From contig CAYTJA010000187.1 of assembly GCA_964437835.1 (NCBI GenBank), positions 1-62,880 on the forward strand: 62,880 nucleotides of DNA. Reading direction: 5' to 3'. A program made the translations under genes and the position numbers. Origin of the DNA: an uncultured Spirochaetales bacterium. GTDB lineage: Bacteria > Myxococcota_A > UBA9160 > SMWR01. The notes below the pieces were generated by a model. It did no database searches. It was given only the letters and a program-made list of their open reading frames with translations, and had not been told where the DNA came from. Below, piece by piece: positions 61,022-62,880 of this stretch; positions within the stretch are counted from its first letter, which is position 1, and the number at the start of each line of letters is the position of its first letter.

Positions 61022-62188
61022 TCAGCGCCTCGGCAGCGCCGCCTCGAGCACCGTCATGCCGCAGGCGAGCGTCGCGAAGATCCGATCGCGGTGCGCGACC
61101 GCGGTGTAGAGCAGCGAGCGGCCGCGCGGCGGTTCGCAGTCCGGTGGGCGTGGGAGTGCGAGATCTGCGATGGCGAGCGCCCCGCTCGCGCCGAGCTCCG
61201 CGACGATCACGCGCGAGGACCAGAGGGCCAGCAGCGCGCGTCCGTCGGCTGCGAATTGGATGTCCTGCACGAAGTCGAGCGCGCCTCGGGATCCGAGCGC
61301 CGCGCGCGCCAGCTCGGCGGCACCGCGCGTGACGCGGAGCCGCAGCTCGCCTCCGGTCGATTCGGCGAACCAGCCGCGGCCCTGCGCGTCGAAGGCGACG
61401 AAGTGCAGCTCCGGCGGAGCGGGCAGCGTCTCCGCGATGCGCCCGCTCGCGTCGATGCGCAGCGTCTGATAGGTGACGCCGCCCTCGGCGTCGAAGGCGT
61501 CGACATTCACCCAGATCTCGCCGCTCGCGGGGTCGACTGCGAGGCTCTTCGGCGCGCGGAAGCGCCCGCCCGCGGGCGCGATCGGGATCTCGCGCACGCG
61601 CTCGCCCGCGGGCGTCAGCACCAGCACGCCGCCGCGCGTCTGGCGCGCGGGATGCTCCGGCCGGTCGCTGTAGCGCGTCGCGTAGATCCGCCCTTCGGGT
61701 CCGAGCGCGAGCTCGTTCAGGCCCGCGCCCAACTCTGGATACGCGCGCGCGTCGCTGCCGTCGACCGCGAGCGAGCCCAGCGATTCGAAGAAGGTCGTGT
61801 AGTAGATGCGGCCATTCGGGTGGACGAGCAGGTCCCAGACCGAGCTGCGCGCGTGCGCTGCGCGCGGCAGCGCGCGCAGCGGCGCGAGGAACGCGCGCCG
61901 CGCGAGATCGAAGCGCCCGATCAGGAGCTCGCCAGGCTGCTCGAGATCGGCGCGCGAGTCCCCGCCGCGCTCCCACCAGAGACTCCAGAACGGCGATAGG
62001 CCGAAATACAGCATGCGCCCGTCGCTCGCGCCGAACCACGCGGAGTAGGCCTCGGGGCCGGAATTTCCCGCAGCGCCGCGATGCCACGGCCGGGGCACGT
62101 CCGCCGCGGGGTGCGCCGCGCAGGCCAGCAGCAGCGCAGCGAGCAGTGCCGGCGCAGCGCCTGCGCTGAATCCGCGTGCGCTAGTCAG
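61022..62188 (-). CDS. Beta-propeller lipoprotein (hypothetical); CTG start inferred
   Basis: Frame extends upstream of GTG at 62098 into LLAALLLAC (lipobox); repeated blades such as DLLVHPNGRIYY, ELALGPEGRIYA, SLAVDPASGEIW, FVAFDAQGRGW. Confidence 0.7.
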   Translation of the reverse strand: MTSARGFSAGAAPALLAALLLACAAHPAADVPRPWHRGAAGNSGPEAYSAWFGASDGRMLYFGLSPFWSLWWERGGDSRADLEQPGELLIGRFDLARRAFLAPLRALPRAAHARSSVWDLLVHPNGRIYYTTFFESLGSLAVDGSDARAYPELGAGLNELALGPEGRIYATRYSDRPEHPARQTRGGVLVLTPAGERVREIPIAPAGGRFRAPKSLAVDPASGEIWVNVDAFDAEGGVTYQTLRIDASGRIAETLPAPPELHFVAFDAQGRGWFAESTGGELRLRVTRGAAELARAALGSRGALDFVQDIQFAADGRALLALWSSRVIVAELGASGALAIADLALPRPPDCEPPRGRSLLYTAVAHRDRIFATLACGMTVLEAALPRR

Positions 62189-62787
62189 TCCGGGAACCGC
62201 GCGACGAGCGCCTCGAGTGCCGCGCGCGCATTCGCGAGCAGCGAGCGTCCGTCTCCGAGCAGCAGCAGATCGAAGTCGAGCCGCAGCAGCTCGCGCACAC
62301 TCGCGCGCAGCTGCTTCGGATCGTCGACGACGCGATCCGGCAGCAGCGAGAGCTGGCCCTCGGGATGCCCGATCAGCGCATCGCCGACGATCAGCAGCCG
62401 GCGCGCGGCATCGAAGAGCGCGACCTCGCCGGGCGACTTGCCGGGCACTCCGATCACGCGGAAGGGACCGATCTGCTCGCCTAGCTCGAAGGTCTCGTCG
62501 ATCCCCACGCCCTGGCGCCGCGCATGATCTGCGTCCAGCGGGTGGATCCAGACCTCGGCGCCGCTCTCCCGGTGCAGGCGATCGGCCGCGCGGGCGTGAT
62601 TGCGGTTCGTCAGCAGGATGCGCTGGACGCCGACGCGCGCGAGCTCGGCTGCGGCGTCGGCGTCGTAGTCGACCGGGTCGATCGCGGTGTTGCCGCTCGG
62701 GTGCAGCACGAGAAATCCGTTGAAGTCGTAGCCGTGGGGCTCCGAGAAGCGCGACCAGCTCGAGATTCCGGAAAGAATCGCTCGCAT
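62185..62787 (-). CDS. Metallo-beta-lactamase-fold protein with degenerate metal ligands
   Basis: IDP, LTNRNH, PGKSPG, IVGDAL, LLGDG; ATG at 62787. Confidence 0.8.
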   Translation of the reverse strand: MRAILSGISSWSRFSEPHGYDFNGFLVLHPSGNTAIDPVDYDADAAAELARVGVQRILLTNRNHARAADRLHRESGAEVWIHPLDADHARRQGVGIDETFELGEQIGPFRVIGVPGKSPGEVALFDAARRLLIVGDALIGHPEGQLSLLPDRVVDDPKQLRASVRELLRLDFDLLLLGDGRSLLANARAALEALVARFPD

Positions 62788-62880
62788 TTTTGACAGTTTA
62801 GCCCGCTTCTTGCGCGCGATCTGCTGCGTGCGGTTTCGCTTGACGGACCCGGTCCGCATCGCAGAGCATGATCCCGGGGG

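Overview
High-GC (roughly 70% by eye) bacterial chromosome segment. The Dif-like chemosensory cluster and chaperone arrangement suggest a Myxococcota/deltaproteobacterial lineage (inference). 1-6 kb: folE, two tandem PTPS-family genes, lexA with a palindromic upstream site, CIRCE-controlled groES-groEL, and a convergent 71-aa gene encoding an archaeal HMf-like histone-fold protein. 6-26 kb: a co-directional minus-strand run, hemW-hrcA-grpE-dnaK-dnaJ-lpoA-like-lon-thiL-MCP-cheW-cheY-cheA-cheC-larB-larC-esterase; cheA is interrupted by a frameshift at an A10 tract. 26-36 kb: M16 peptidase, alkyl sulfatase, FKBP, ggt, cyclophilin, tRNA-Phe and a TorF-like porin. 36-47 kb: polyamine cluster (potABCD, PuuB-like oxidase, class III aminotransferase, HDAC-family deacetylase, two paralogous uncharacterised GNAT-like proteins, ald). 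47-57 kb: catabolic/redox genes and a GAF-GGDEF cyclase. 57-63 kb: HEPN-MNT pair, arsR-gapdh-arsJ, a beta-propeller lipoprotein and a degenerate MBL-fold gene. A modular palindromic REP-like repeat family occupies six intergenic regions. No integrase, transposase, CRISPR array or rRNA was seen. Best leads: the bacterial histone, the slippery cheA, and a possible acetyl-protection polyamine pathway. Start codons were reassigned by eye and no database searches were run.
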